Shown: positions 7,981 to 17,848 of the stretch, piece by piece
Position numbering within the stretch: the stretch's first letter is position 1
How the letters are laid out: every line of letters begins with the position of its first letter
IMG/VR virus record: IMGVR_UViG_3300037502_002993
Span: 1 to 64,000 of that record
Direction: 5' to 3' (one strand)
Length of the DNA: 64,000 nucleotides
Made by a program: the position numbers and the translations under genes
Notes under the pieces: model-generated
Told to the model about the DNA's origin: nothing
Database searches by the model: none
What the model saw: the letters and a program-made list of their open reading frames with translations, nothing else

Positions 7981-10560
7981 TTAAAGACGTAGGGTTCGGT
8001 GAGACTTGACTTTTCCGTGAAAGTAGGACTTCTTGTTGCGGTGATAGGCCAGGTGGTGAGGGATATCCACACAGACGAAGTAACACATCCGTGGGGTGAC
8101 CTCTGGAAAGTCCTTCAGTGGCCTCAGGCGCCCAAGGATCTGGAGGTTGTCCTTTTTGGAGTTCATGGCATGTAGCAACACCACCTCCTTTAAGTTCCTC
8201 ACATCTACCCCCGTGCCACTGCTCTTCGCTGTACTGACGGTAATGTCTTGCTTTAAGAGTTTGTTATACGGAATGCCCTGGTAGTAGGGTCCGATGGCGA
8301 ACTGCTGCTTGTAGTGAGCCCTGAGGGCCTCTGAGACCTTATCAATGAACGCGACCGTGGCACAGAGGACCAATGCCTTATGCCCCTTCTCAAACTCTCG
8401 AACAAACACCGCATCGAGCACCTTTACAATCTTTCGGATGTAGGCCTCAAACCGTGGCTTGTTCTTGAGCATCTGTGACTCGTAACGCATGTGAGAATAC
8501 ATCCCCCGCATGGGTACGAGAAAGTCCCGTTGATGGATGGGTAGGTCATTATACAGCAGACCAATCACATCTTGATAGACCTTGTGTTCAGGTAGTTGAC
8601 AATGGGTCTCCTCTGGCAGCATGACATTGATCATACCTGTGACGAAATCATTCCCCGTGAACGGCGTAGCTGATAGGTTAATGATTTTACGTACATTGGA
8701 GAATAGATCAATCCGAAAGTAAAGGCCCGGGTCCTCCTGGATCTCGTCATTGATCTGCACACCTATGCCCGCTACCTCATGGAAGGTCGTGGGAAGACAC
8801 CCGTACTCTTCTAAACACGCCTGCTCCCCGTTTTCTTCGAGGTAGTTCAGAAACGCCCGGTAGGTGGCATTACTGATCATAACGCAATCAGCCTTCACCT
8901 TGCCCTCAAGCGCCTGACGGATGAACGCCTTGAGCTTGGGCGATCCATCGATGGTGTAATAACGATGCTCGACCCTTTTCTTTCCAAAGGCGTCATTAAG
9001 GGTCCCTACCCACAGATCAAAGTACTTAGGGGGGATCATAATCGCGAAGCGCATACCGAGTGCAACACATGCTAACATGGTCGTAAGTGAGTTGTGGGTG
9101 ACGATAAAGTCATCAGTCACATAGAGATGATCCGGGTGTGCTATCGTGATACATTGGGTAGGTTCATCCCCAATATACTCAACTGACCGCACTCTAAGTT
9201 TGAGTTCCTCCGAGTACTGGTTGGTCTCTTCTAGACGATCACGTTTACGTGGTAATCGGAAGAGTTTCCGCTGTCGCGGGTGACGGATATTTACCTGGTA
9301 GGCGATGCGCCCGTTACGTTTCTCGCCATTGTGGGTATAAGTAGGGTTGCGTTCACTGATACTGGCAATACCACCGACCGAACGCACTAGGTACTGAACC
9401 TGGGCGGCCAATACTCGGCTGGTACTGCAGAAGGAGACTGTTCCACTGGTTCCTTTACCAGGTTTGTCTACAGTGCCGTCAGTGTCCATCAGGCCCTGGA
9501 GGATCGCATACCGCTGTTCCAGAGAGCCATGTAGGTATTCCTTGGGAATGAACTTCTCCCAACTCCGTCTACCCCACAGTCCGTAGTCTTTTAAGGCTGT
9601 CCGGTATGGGTGCCCTCCATTGGTATATCGGAGCGTGCGGGTTTTATGACCGATGTCATTCCAGTAACTACCTTCAGGCGCCTCAGCTAACACCTCATCG
9701 AAGATGAAATCGTCTAGTTTTGTTATGTTAATAACACCGTTACTAATACCCCCATCACCTAGGATGACTCCTAGTGAGTACGGAGGAATCTTAACATCCG
9801 CAGCCGGACCGTCTTCTGGTTTGCAGAGCGGTATGTACACGCGCGGATTCGGCATCTCACACAACCGCTTGACTTCCAGGGTATCGACTGTTCTCCATCT
9901 ACGGTGCGGAACCGTGTTCACATAAAACACTTTCCAAAGATGTTCAGGACCAGCGTCTGTGTAGCGTCCATCCCAAAAAGTGACTCGATAAAACGGCGTC
10001 ACTCCTTGCGGGTGAACGGCAGTTACTTGTGTGGTGGTGCCGTCCCAAGCAGTGACTTCAGTACCGACCTTCATATCCCCCATGGTGGACCACCCGCCAG
10101 GGATTTTGATCTTAGATGATAATGGCTGTTGCTTACCTCCACCGGTCTGAAGGTAAAGGGCATTGGAGTAACTGTCATTAGACAGGTCACTTACCAGGGG
10201 TATTTGATAATCGCGGGCCTCAATCCCCTTACGGATCTTAAGCTTGAGGGGCTCTGCCTTAGGTACGGCGCGATGGGTGTGGGTGATCACTCGTTCAACG
10301 TAACCGTATTCCTCGATGAAACGTAGGAAGTCAGGTAAGTGGTGTCGATGGAGATAGAGCACCTGACGATCATGGGTGAGGCCAAAGAAACGTTTCTTTA
10401 ATACCATTTCAACGCGACCAAAGCGGTCGGTCTCGGGCTCGACTAGTTTCAGCCCTTTTAGGTACTCACCGATGATCTCCAAGAACTTGGGCTCGTAGCC
10501 CGAAATGCGACACCCGTGGGTGTAGTGCTCAACGTGCAAAGAAAAAGCCATCAGTGTCAT
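7981..10560 (-). CDS. SF2 (UvsW-like) helicase, phiKZ gp75-like, containing an intein
   Basis: RDYQ, Walker A QTGGGK|S split by an intein, DEIQ, SATP, QILGRLR. Confidence 0.9.
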   Translation of the reverse strand: MTLMAFSLHVEHYTHGCRISGYEPKFLEIIGEYLKGLKLVEPETDRFGRVEMVLKKRFFGLTHDRQVLYLHRHHLPDFLRFIEEYGYVERVITHTHRAVPKAEPLKLKIRKGIEARDYQIPLVSDLSNDSYSNALYLQTGGGKQQPLSSKIKIPGGWSTMGDMKVGTEVTAWDGTTTQVTAVHPQGVTPFYRVTFWDGRYTDAGPEHLWKVFYVNTVPHRRWRTVDTLEVKRLCEMPNPRVYIPLCKPEDGPAADVKIPPYSLGVILGDGGISNGVINITKLDDFIFDEVLAEAPEGSYWNDIGHKTRTLRYTNGGHPYRTALKDYGLWGRRSWEKFIPKEYLHGSLEQRYAILQGLMDTDGTVDKPGKGTSGTVSFCSTSRVLAAQVQYLVRSVGGIASISERNPTYTHNGEKRNGRIAYQVNIRHPRQRKLFRLPRKRDRLEETNQYSEELKLRVRSVEYIGDEPTQCITIAHPDHLYVTDDFIVTHNSLTTMLACVALGMRFAIMIPPKYFDLWVGTLNDAFGKKRVEHRYYTIDGSPKLKAFIRQALEGKVKADCVMISNATYRAFLNYLEENGEQACLEEYGCLPTTFHEVAGIGVQINDEIQEDPGLYFRIDLFSNVRKIINLSATPFTGNDFVTGMINVMLPEETHCQLPEHKVYQDVIGLLYNDLPIHQRDFLVPMRGMYSHMRYESQMLKNKPRFEAYIRKIVKVLDAVFVREFEKGHKALVLCATVAFIDKVSEALRAHYKQQFAIGPYYQGIPYNKLLKQDITVSTAKSSGTGVDVRNLKEVVLLHAMNSKKDNLQILGRLRPLKDFPEVTPRMCYFVCVDIPHHLAYHRNKKSYFHGKVKSHRTLRL
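9091..10131 (-). mobile_element. Class 3-type intein with LAGLIDADG endonuclease (347 aa)
   Basis: Starts QQPLSSKI right after Walker A GK and ends VTHN|S; EHLW, TQCITI, and LAGLIDADG motifs LGVILGDGG and LQGLMDTDG. Confidence 0.9.
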
Positions 10561-10594
10561 TGGGGGGAGTTACCTCCCCCCAGTCCCTATGTCA

Positions 10595-12580
10595 TCATGT
10601 AGTTTTCACCCCTCCCATTAACATGACGTCATAGGGGTGGTCGGGTCGATTCTGGTTGAGGAATAGGCGGGGATGAGTCACGGCTGCTTGTTGCTTCTCC
10701 AAGGCCATCAACCCACCCAGACTGCGGTTCTCCATCAGTTCACTATAGCGTGCAAAGCGTCCTTTGATGGCGGGCTTTGGAAAGGTGTAATCTCCATTGT
10801 CCTTATCCCGGGCCGTCATGGCGAATAACAGCATTTCTGAATGGACCAGGTTCACATAGAGCTTCTCATTGATCAGCTGGTTGAAATGGATCAGCGCCTC
10901 TGTATGATTTCGATATTCAGTCAAGAACCGCTTGCCGTTGATGTTGGCCTGACTGCTCTTATCAAGCTTGATGCCCTTATCGTCACTTTTGGATTGGATA
11001 AAGGTACTGATGCGCTTCATCACCTCATGCATGTGAACGTGTTTCATCGGCATGACCAGGAAGGGTTTCTCCGGATCAAAGTCCGACATGTCGATCACAA
11101 TGTTACCACTGTCATCATGGGTCCAGCGTTTCTTCACCAGGTACTGCAGCATGGCATGGGAGAATGACGCCTTCCGATTGTGCAGCGAAACCGTTAGCAT
11201 ATCACGAATGGGTTCGTCGCAGTCTGCAATGCTAAAGAGGATCTGGGTGATCTGACTGGCACTGCGGATGGGATAGAGATTGATCTTTCTCACCATCAGG
11301 ATATCGGCAAGGTTCTTTGCCTCCGTGTGGTGAATGGTCATGATCAGCTTACGTCCCATCCACTTCTTCTTTAAGAAGATGACCTCATCCATTCCCCGAT
11401 ACTGCAGGTACTTACTTTCCACCTGACCCAGTTGGAACTTGTCCACCCCTCCAATGCTGTCTTGGTGCTTGGTCGACAGTACCGCTGAGGTGATCTTATC
11501 TCCGGTGTCTACCGCACTGACCTGACCGATATTGGTGTCTTTAGGGATACTAAAGGCAATCCGTCCGTAACAGGTAGAGCAGACCCCCTGGGGATCGGGA
11601 TGGGTACAGCCCAACACTGAGCGCAGCTGAATGGTCTGTCCGATTAGGTGGGTGTGGTCTTTGGTGATCCAATCCAACACCACACTGCCGTCCTCCTGCT
11701 TGGCGTAGTAATATTTCCCCACCAAGGTTTTGAACATCTCCCTCATCACCGGGAATTGGATGCTGTAGGAGGTACCACAGTCACCATGATGGAGGCGCTG
11801 GATATAGGCGGCCACCATCTGCAATTTCCGGTTGAAGTATTCGGTATCGCGAATCAACTCCTTGTTAAATGCCAAGGCCTTAGACCCACTGCGGGATTCA
11901 ATCAGATTCCCATAAAGCCCCGGTACGCCTTCGAGCAGTCCTCGGGTAATGGGCACACGGAAGATATCTGAGTTCACATCAGTTCGATCCCCTAAAGGAC
12001 CAAAGCACTGCAGGGCCTGCCCCATCTTGATGGTCCCGCTGCGCAGGGATTCTGCAATCGGGTTTCCAATCAAGTCATCTGAGGTCAGCAGGGTCTTTTT
12101 GATAACCTCATAGGTCTTGGCAATGCTTGCGGTGTTGGGCTGTACTGCCGCATTGGCCTTCTTGATGTCGGGGTGCTCCATAACCTGAAGGGCATCAATC
12201 AGCGACATGGTCGTGACGTAGCGCCCGAGGTTGGTGATGATGGCATTGTACAGGCGGTTATTGGTTTTAAATACCTGATGGGCCAGTGTCTCCGTATCGG
12301 CGGGCTCCCCCAACTGTTGGTGGATGTGCCAGGCGACTCGGTTCATCCGATCCAGAATGCTCCCTCCACTCAACCGCCCTTTCCCTAGGTGGAAGTCTTT
12401 AAGCAGAGACACCTCGGGATAGAAGGTGAGGGGGTACCAGAAGTACACGGAGATGATGGTGGCGCGGGTGTGGGTTTCGATCTCTCCGTCGTCAAAGACG
12501 ACAACATGACGCTCCTCGGGAAGGGCCCAAAGGGCCGCTTCCTCCATTGCCAGTAGGTCTCTTGCGGAGTACCGATTCAT
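10595..12580 (-). CDS. nvRNAP beta'-like C-terminal subunit (phiKZ gp74-like)
   Basis: Bridge-helix-like SRSGSKAL..TEYFNRKLQ, DCGT, Zn site RSVLGC..GVCSTCYG, LSTKH. Confidence 0.88.
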   Translation of the reverse strand: MNRYSARDLLAMEEAALWALPEERHVVVFDDGEIETHTRATIISVYFWYPLTFYPEVSLLKDFHLGKGRLSGGSILDRMNRVAWHIHQQLGEPADTETLAHQVFKTNNRLYNAIITNLGRYVTTMSLIDALQVMEHPDIKKANAAVQPNTASIAKTYEVIKKTLLTSDDLIGNPIAESLRSGTIKMGQALQCFGPLGDRTDVNSDIFRVPITRGLLEGVPGLYGNLIESRSGSKALAFNKELIRDTEYFNRKLQMVAAYIQRLHHGDCGTSYSIQFPVMREMFKTLVGKYYYAKQEDGSVVLDWITKDHTHLIGQTIQLRSVLGCTHPDPQGVCSTCYGRIAFSIPKDTNIGQVSAVDTGDKITSAVLSTKHQDSIGGVDKFQLGQVESKYLQYRGMDEVIFLKKKWMGRKLIMTIHHTEAKNLADILMVRKINLYPIRSASQITQILFSIADCDEPIRDMLTVSLHNRKASFSHAMLQYLVKKRWTHDDSGNIVIDMSDFDPEKPFLVMPMKHVHMHEVMKRISTFIQSKSDDKGIKLDKSSQANINGKRFLTEYRNHTEALIHFNQLINEKLYVNLVHSEMLLFAMTARDKDNGDYTFPKPAIKGRFARYSELMENRSLGGLMALEKQQAAVTHPRLFLNQNRPDHPYDVMLMGGVKTT

Positions 12581-13506
12581 TAGGGCGAATCCTGTTCTGG
12601 TTGGTAGTGAAACTTAATGCCGCGGCAGTTAAAGAAGTGCTGTGTGATCGCCACGGGCCGACTCCCGCCATAGGGGAACCGCTCCCGGTCAACAACGCGA
12701 TCAATGTTGGTGGGTTTTGGTGCCTCCAGGATATTCTGGGTGACATGCCGATGCACATCAGGGCTATTGCTCTGGTCAAGAAACTCCATGGTCACCTCTG
12801 GGGTGACATAGGCGTTATACGAGCGGGTTTCTGATTCCCCGAGGCCTCTCACGGACTGCTGCCGCCCTGGTGAGGTCGACCGATCATACTGGTTCAGTTT
12901 GGCGGGAATGCCAAAGTGTTGGAGCTTTACTGAGGCCACCCCACTCCAGTCCTCCGCGGTCTTCTCCAGCAGTAAGAACTGCATATTGCCAATCAACACC
13001 GGGTGTTCAGTGGTGACCATCTCCCCTCGCATGTCCCGATAGGTCACAGGACCGTAATGGGGCTTGAAGGGAGAGTTCTCTAATGCCAGTGCGGTCTGCA
13101 GGTAGTTATTGGGACTGTCTGACGGGATGTGTAGGAAGATCCCATCGCGCAGGATACATCTTACGTGTTCTGCGGGGTTGGGGTGTGCTTTGATGATGGG
13201 AACCATCAAGGGCGCTATGATACTGTAGAACTCAAGCAGGGTGTCGAATGTTCGGGTCACCCACCCACTGTCCTGCAGGGCGTTATTGAGTTCAACGTCG
13301 GTGGGTTTCATGTGAGAAGCAATCCCCACCTCGTTTCTCAGGCGTTGAGTGAGGTCATAGGCCGCTGCGTTAAAGTATTGGTCATAGAACCTTCCCATGT
13401 TGGTTCGGTTAAACGTCGATACGCCGTAGATCGCAACATCGGCTACCTTCCCCGTGCCATCCTTGGGCATGGCTTCATCGGGGTAAATACGACAGATGAC
13501 TCCTTT
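12580..13506 (-). CDS. nvRNAP beta-like C-terminal subunit, exon 2 (phiKZ gp73-like)
   Basis: KGVICRIYPDEAMP..DV, RTNMG, RGLGESE beta-subunit motifs; begins right after the intron-terminal G. Confidence 0.88.
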   Translation of the reverse strand, partial: KGVICRIYPDEAMPKDGTGKVADVAIYGVSTFNRTNMGRFYDQYFNAAAYDLTQRLRNEVGIASHMKPTDVELNNALQDSGWVTRTFDTLLEFYSIIAPLMVPIIKAHPNPAEHVRCILRDGIFLHIPSDSPNNYLQTALALENSPFKPHYGPVTYRDMRGEMVTTEHPVLIGNMQFLLLEKTAEDWSGVASVKLQHFGIPAKLNQYDRSTSPGRQQSVRGLGESETRSYNAYVTPEVTMEFLDQSNSPDVHRHVTQNILEAPKPTNIDRVVDRERFPYGGSRPVAITQHFFNCRGIKFHYQPEQDSP

Positions 13507-13916
13507 CGAGATCTTCAAGTGGGGTCGTTACGCCCACCCCGCGGTGTGTCTCCCTCACGGGAGTCATCCGCTGCTCCAGGCTTTCCCTGGATGCCGAGAC
13601 TATCTCTTGATCCTCTCCCAGATGGAGTAGGACCCTCCCCATTTCCCCGACCGATAACTTGCCGGGTACAGGCTGGTAAGACCTTAGTCGTTGAGCACAT
13701 CCCATATCCATCCGCAGGGAATGGACTTAGGGACTTCGCTGCGGATTACCCATTTCACTCCAGGGACTGGAGATCATCCTTACGCTTTTTACCGCACCCA
13801 AGTAGTTAGCTTGGACCCCGTGGGGTGTCTGACGACACCGGTCACTCTTTCGAGCACGAGTTGGTACGTAAGGCTTTAGTGGCTTCCCGCGATTAGAGGA
13901 GGTTCACTCAGGACTC

Positions 13917-14736
13917 TCATCCTGAGCGGGCCGTAGGTACGTAATAATGCAATCGGTATCCTTCCACAACGCGACATCTAGCGATTGCTTTGATGACGTC
14001 GTTTTTACTTCCAAGGGTATTGGAAAAGTGTTCAGCTGCTTTAGTGATATTGGTGAAGAACAACTCACCGCCTTCATTGTCAACAGCAATCACACCACGG
14101 GCACGGTTTTTGGGGTTATCTCTAAAGATGGCCAAATCCCGCTCGTTGAACTCCGGCCAGGGAGTGTCATCGCCCTCTTGACGAAACAGGTAGCCGTAGT
14201 AAGGCCTGTCCCATTTTTTCTTGATCTGATTAAGAAGTCCTCCAGGATACTCTAACCTTAAGTCTTCATTGACACTCCCCTTCTTTTAAGAAGGGGATTC
14301 TTGCTTCATTGAACTGACTTACCTTCGGTAAGGAAGGCAGTGGTCACTTTCTCCACAAGCGTTTAGTGAGTCCGTATGCCCTACGGCCTCTGCTAAAGTC
14401 ACACTCAATGGGCCAGCGATAGCGATACCCAATGTTTGATGGGTGGAGGTTATCCCAATTCCCATCGATGTGAAACGGTTCGACCTTCCACCAATGGTGA
14501 TAGCCTAGCCTTAACTTCCCAAACGCCGCCAGTACCAACAGAGCGACGGGGATTTCACTTATCACCCCTCCAGTGTTAACGCTAACTACCCACCCTAGCA
14601 TCTCATCAAAGCTAGGGGTTATTTCCACCCCGTTATGGAAAACCTGGCCGCTTTCCATAACCCTGACTTCCCCGGTAGTCAATGCCGGATCAATCAGTCC
14701 AAACCCTTGTTCGTTAGAAAGGTACTTTTCAAACAT
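13917..14736 (-). pseudogene. Intron-encoded HNH-type homing endonuclease, disrupted by a TnpB right-end insert
   Basis: N-terminal part 14409..14736 has HIDGNWDNLHPSNI; C-terminal part 13917..14267 is open for 116 codons with GYLF..PWP and a NUMOD1-like FTNITKAAEHF. Confidence 0.75.
14269..14408 (-). mobile_element. Stand-alone IS200/IS605 right end / TnpB omegaRNA, copy 1
   Basis: Near-identical to 50072..50212; ends GGGGAGTGTCAA on the minus strand; no tnpB and no left end. Confidence 0.88.
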
Positions 14737-14801
14737 TTCAACCTCCTAAACTCCTGCAATAGGAGGAAGAATATCGTTATGCATTAGTTACGGGTCGCTC
14801 C

Positions 14802-15992
14802 ACCATGCAAAAAATCCGTGAGCTTATAGCCCCCATCGACCATCATTGGCCAATCATAGGTGATCTCCACGCGCCACTCATCCAGGGTATCGAGCTTATG
14901 CATACGCGTAAGCTTGCGTTCATGGAGCGGTGTGGGGAGATAGATCAGGGCCTCTACGATCAGCTGTTGAAACTCAGGGGTGATACGCGGTGAGCCGCGA
15001 CGATCCCTCTTGAGCTGTTCATAGACCTTAAGGATGCGGCGATAGTACTCGCACTGGGCTTCGTAATACTTACGGGCTTGGCGATCCATTCCCGTGGGTG
15101 TTGGACTTGGGTTAACGCGCTCGTCATGGTAGACCTTCACATCCACAATGCGCGCGCCGGCCCGCGCCCACAGCACGCGATCAAAATCGTGCTGAATCTC
15201 ACGCAGTGCCCTTGGCGTCATATCGGCAATCCCAAGAACGGGATCGCGATCTCGGGTCGCCATGACAACCCCATCAGGGCCGATGATATCGCCGATATCG
15301 GGAAACGCCTTGTAGGTGTTAGCATCACCATGGACATTGAGCGGAAATGACTTCTTACCGAAGCTTCCGACAATGGTCTGATAGCGGTGAGCGGTGAGTT
15401 TCTTCAGAAACCCCTCGCGGACCAGAAACCCATCCTCGATGGTACTGGGCAGTGAGAAGAAACAGACCTGGGCTTCGGTACCAATACCGTAGCTCCCATC
15501 ATCCATCTTGGCAATGCTGTCAGCCAGTGACTCCCCTTTCTCGAAGTTGGCACCAGGGGCAAGTCGCTCCAAAGCACGGGAGTTGGGCCTTAGCGGGTAA
15601 CCAAACTCCGTGTGTAATGCCTCGTATTTCTTAAGGCGCAAGATCCCGACGGTTTTATAAGGGTCATCGAAATCCTCATAAACGATCAGGGTTTCGGGGT
15701 TTTCACGAATGCTATCCTCCCCTACCCCTGGCGTATAGCGACGGATCACATCCCTTACCGTGGCGTTACAAGGAAAGGTTGCACCAAAGGTCTCTCTGCC
15801 GTACTTGATCTCCTGACCAGTTTGGATTTTTCTTGGCTCCACACCTTCCACCACCAGGGCTTGCCCTAGCTGGGTCGCGCCCATGGCCTTACGCGCAGCG
15901 GTGTTATTGCGAAAGAAGGGGTCGAGTGCTCCCGTACCCAGTAGTGTGGCTTTGAGTTCACGGGCTTCTTCAGTGGGATTAGGGTTGATCAT
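14802..15992 (-). CDS. nvRNAP beta-like subunit, exon 1 (phiKZ gp71-like)
   Basis: R..M..QLGQA, TIEDG and terminal GYKLTDFLHG motifs. Confidence 0.88.
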
Positions 15993-16041
15993 TACCTACC
16001 TCTTCTCTTCTATGAGTTACCAGTCCATAGCCTACATGCGG

Positions 16042-16056
16042 ATAATGTAGGTGTCA
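16042..16056 (-). promoter_or_regulatory. Conserved phage promoter-like motif (also 2465-2479, 21250-21264, 31811-31825, 32455-32469, 41398-41412)
   Basis: Minus-strand TGACACCTACATTAT-like motif recurs just upstream of minus-strand operon starts and resembles the phiKZ early TATTAC-type element. Confidence 0.65.
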
Positions 16057-16072
16057 CAAGAGAACGAATCAC

Positions 16073-16438
16073 ATGGCCTTTACCATCGAATCACTCTCTA
16101 AGGAAACACAAGGGCAGCTACGAGACCGTCCCGATTACCGCTGGATGATCGAACAGCACCTTCCTCTACTGCGGCAATCACCCAATGTTCGGGCTGAAGT
16201 CATTCCCTCTGTCGTGGTCTTGCAGTTTCAAGGGAACTTCTATGCCCTGCTGCTATCACTCGGGATAGAGCGACGTCATCACTGGCTCTACTTACGGATG
16301 AATCGAATGACCCACCCCATGCAGTTTGGTGAGTCACTAGGGGATCAGGTGTCAGGGGGTGATTACCCACTCCTCCACCCGCCCATGGAAGACATCGAGC
16401 GATTAAGGAAGCGCTTCAGTACCGTAAAGGGACGTTAG
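16073..16438 (+). CDS. Conserved jumbo-phage protein (phiKZ gp70 position)
   Basis: 121-aa counter-oriented ORF next to the gp71-like gene; synteny. Confidence 0.7.
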   Translation: MAFTIESLSKETQGQLRDRPDYRWMIEQHLPLLRQSPNVRAEVIPSVVVLQFQGNFYALLLSLGIERRHHWLYLRMNRMTHPMQFGESLGDQVSGGDYPLLHPPMEDIERLRKRFSTVKGR

Positions 16439-16491
16439 GGCAAAGAAAAAGCCCTCCCCATTGGGGAGGGCCACTATGCCGCCAGCGTCAG

Positions 16492-17838
16492 TTAAACGGC
16501 CGTATAGGGGTTACCTGACGGCCCTGAGGGTTGGTAGTATGACTGTTGTTGCGGTTGTTGGTATTGCGGTTGTTGGGGGTGTCCTCCTTGGAGGTAAGCT
16601 GGGCCCTGCTGCATTGGCTGTTGCGGCTGGGGCGAAGGCCACCCTGGGGGCTGCTGTTGGTACTGGGGTTGACCATACCCCATGGGAGGTTGGGCATACT
16701 GCGACTGTTGATACCCCATCTGCTGTTGCGGATACCCCATCTGTGGTTGTTGGGGGGCCTGCGCTTGATGACGCTGGCGCAGCTCTTCCATGGTCAAACC
16801 ACGACGCGGTTCTTCCTTAGGTGCCTTTGCAGCTTGACGTGAAGTTGGGGCTGGGGTCTGCTGATTGGGGGTTTGACGAGAAGCTTCCCAGGGTGGCTCA
16901 CGATCCACGATAGAAAGGGCAGCCTTCTCCGCTTCCCGATCGTACTCCCCCTCGATCTCCTCTTGCCCTTTAGCCAGATTGCCCTCATTACCTTCCAGTA
17001 TCGGGATGGCTCGATGGAAGTCATCGATCTTTTTCAGGTGTTTCATGAACTTCAGATCGAAAGGCTCCAGGTCCAGATTGACCTGATCCCCAAACAGCGC
17101 GATCAGCTCATTGAACCGAGCGGCCAGATTACCAAACCCCTGAAGGAACGCCTCAAGGAAAGGGGCCGTTTGGTTATTGCTCCCACCACTGTAGGTTTCG
17201 ATCTTATCCCCCTCGGGGAAAAGGTAGTCGAGGAGTCCCAGAATCGCCTTGCGATGCTTCTTACGCATGGTGACCCCATAGGGCGTTTCATCCGACTCAT
17301 CCCTCAACGTCTCGATGAAGGGGAAGCGTACCACACACAGCCGGTTGTAGGCAACATCCCCCAACTCGCCATTGGGCTTAAGATACACTGTGATCAGGGC
17401 ATTCTTCTTCAGTGCCGCGGTGATGAGTTCGTTAAGTACCTTGGGGGTTTTGCTGTCCGCTGTGGTGGTCTGCTTGAGGAACTCACTGCACTCCGGTGAG
17501 AGGTCCTTGTGCAGTGACGGGGTGGCGGCAATGGACATCAGCGTCTCTGATACCCGCAGTGTGTACTGCGCCAACCGTGCCTTTGCGATCTGCTGCATCT
17601 TGGTCAGGACGTGAGAGGGCCCCTTACGGGCCAGGTTCTCACCGATGGGGTGAAAGGCGATCAACTCTTCAGTGATGCCATCGTCCAAGCGCTTTTTGGT
17701 GGGAAGTACCAGGCGACGCCCATCAATGGAAATGGGCTTGGCAATCCCCCCAGGTTCGCAGAAAGAGATATACCCTTCACGATCGGCTGAGCAGGAGAGG
17801 CCCTTGAGGACCTCCCGGTAAAAGGTTAAAATATCCAT
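16492..17838 (-). CDS. picA: Probable nuclear-shell import factor PicA/Imp1 (phiKZ gp69-like)
   Basis: Position directly downstream of the gp68-like gene; RLVLPT and FHPIGEN motifs; Q/P/Y/G-rich tail. Assignment rests mainly on synteny. Confidence 0.6.
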   Translation of the reverse strand: MDILTFYREVLKGLSCSADREGYISFCEPGGIAKPISIDGRRLVLPTKKRLDDGITEELIAFHPIGENLARKGPSHVLTKMQQIAKARLAQYTLRVSETLMSIAATPSLHKDLSPECSEFLKQTTTADSKTPKVLNELITAALKKNALITVYLKPNGELGDVAYNRLCVVRFPFIETLRDESDETPYGVTMRKKHRKAILGLLDYLFPEGDKIETYSGGSNNQTAPFLEAFLQGFGNLAARFNELIALFGDQVNLDLEPFDLKFMKHLKKIDDFHRAIPILEGNEGNLAKGQEEIEGEYDREAEKAALSIVDREPPWEASRQTPNQQTPAPTSRQAAKAPKEEPRRGLTMEELRQRHQAQAPQQPQMGYPQQQMGYQQSQYAQPPMGYGQPQYQQQPPGWPSPQPQQPMQQGPAYLQGGHPQQPQYQQPQQQSYYQPSGPSGNPYTAV

Positions 17839-17848
17839 GGGGTGTTCC

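Larger units (their letters stand above)
13507..14801 (-). ncRNA. Group I intron in the nvRNAP beta gene (5' splice site approximate)
   Basis: Core at about 13510-13920 with AATCGCGGGAA, CGCAGC, GACTAAG and AAGAGATAGTC conserved elements; near-identical blocks with intron 27936..28402; interrupts the HG/KGV motif. Confidence 0.85.
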
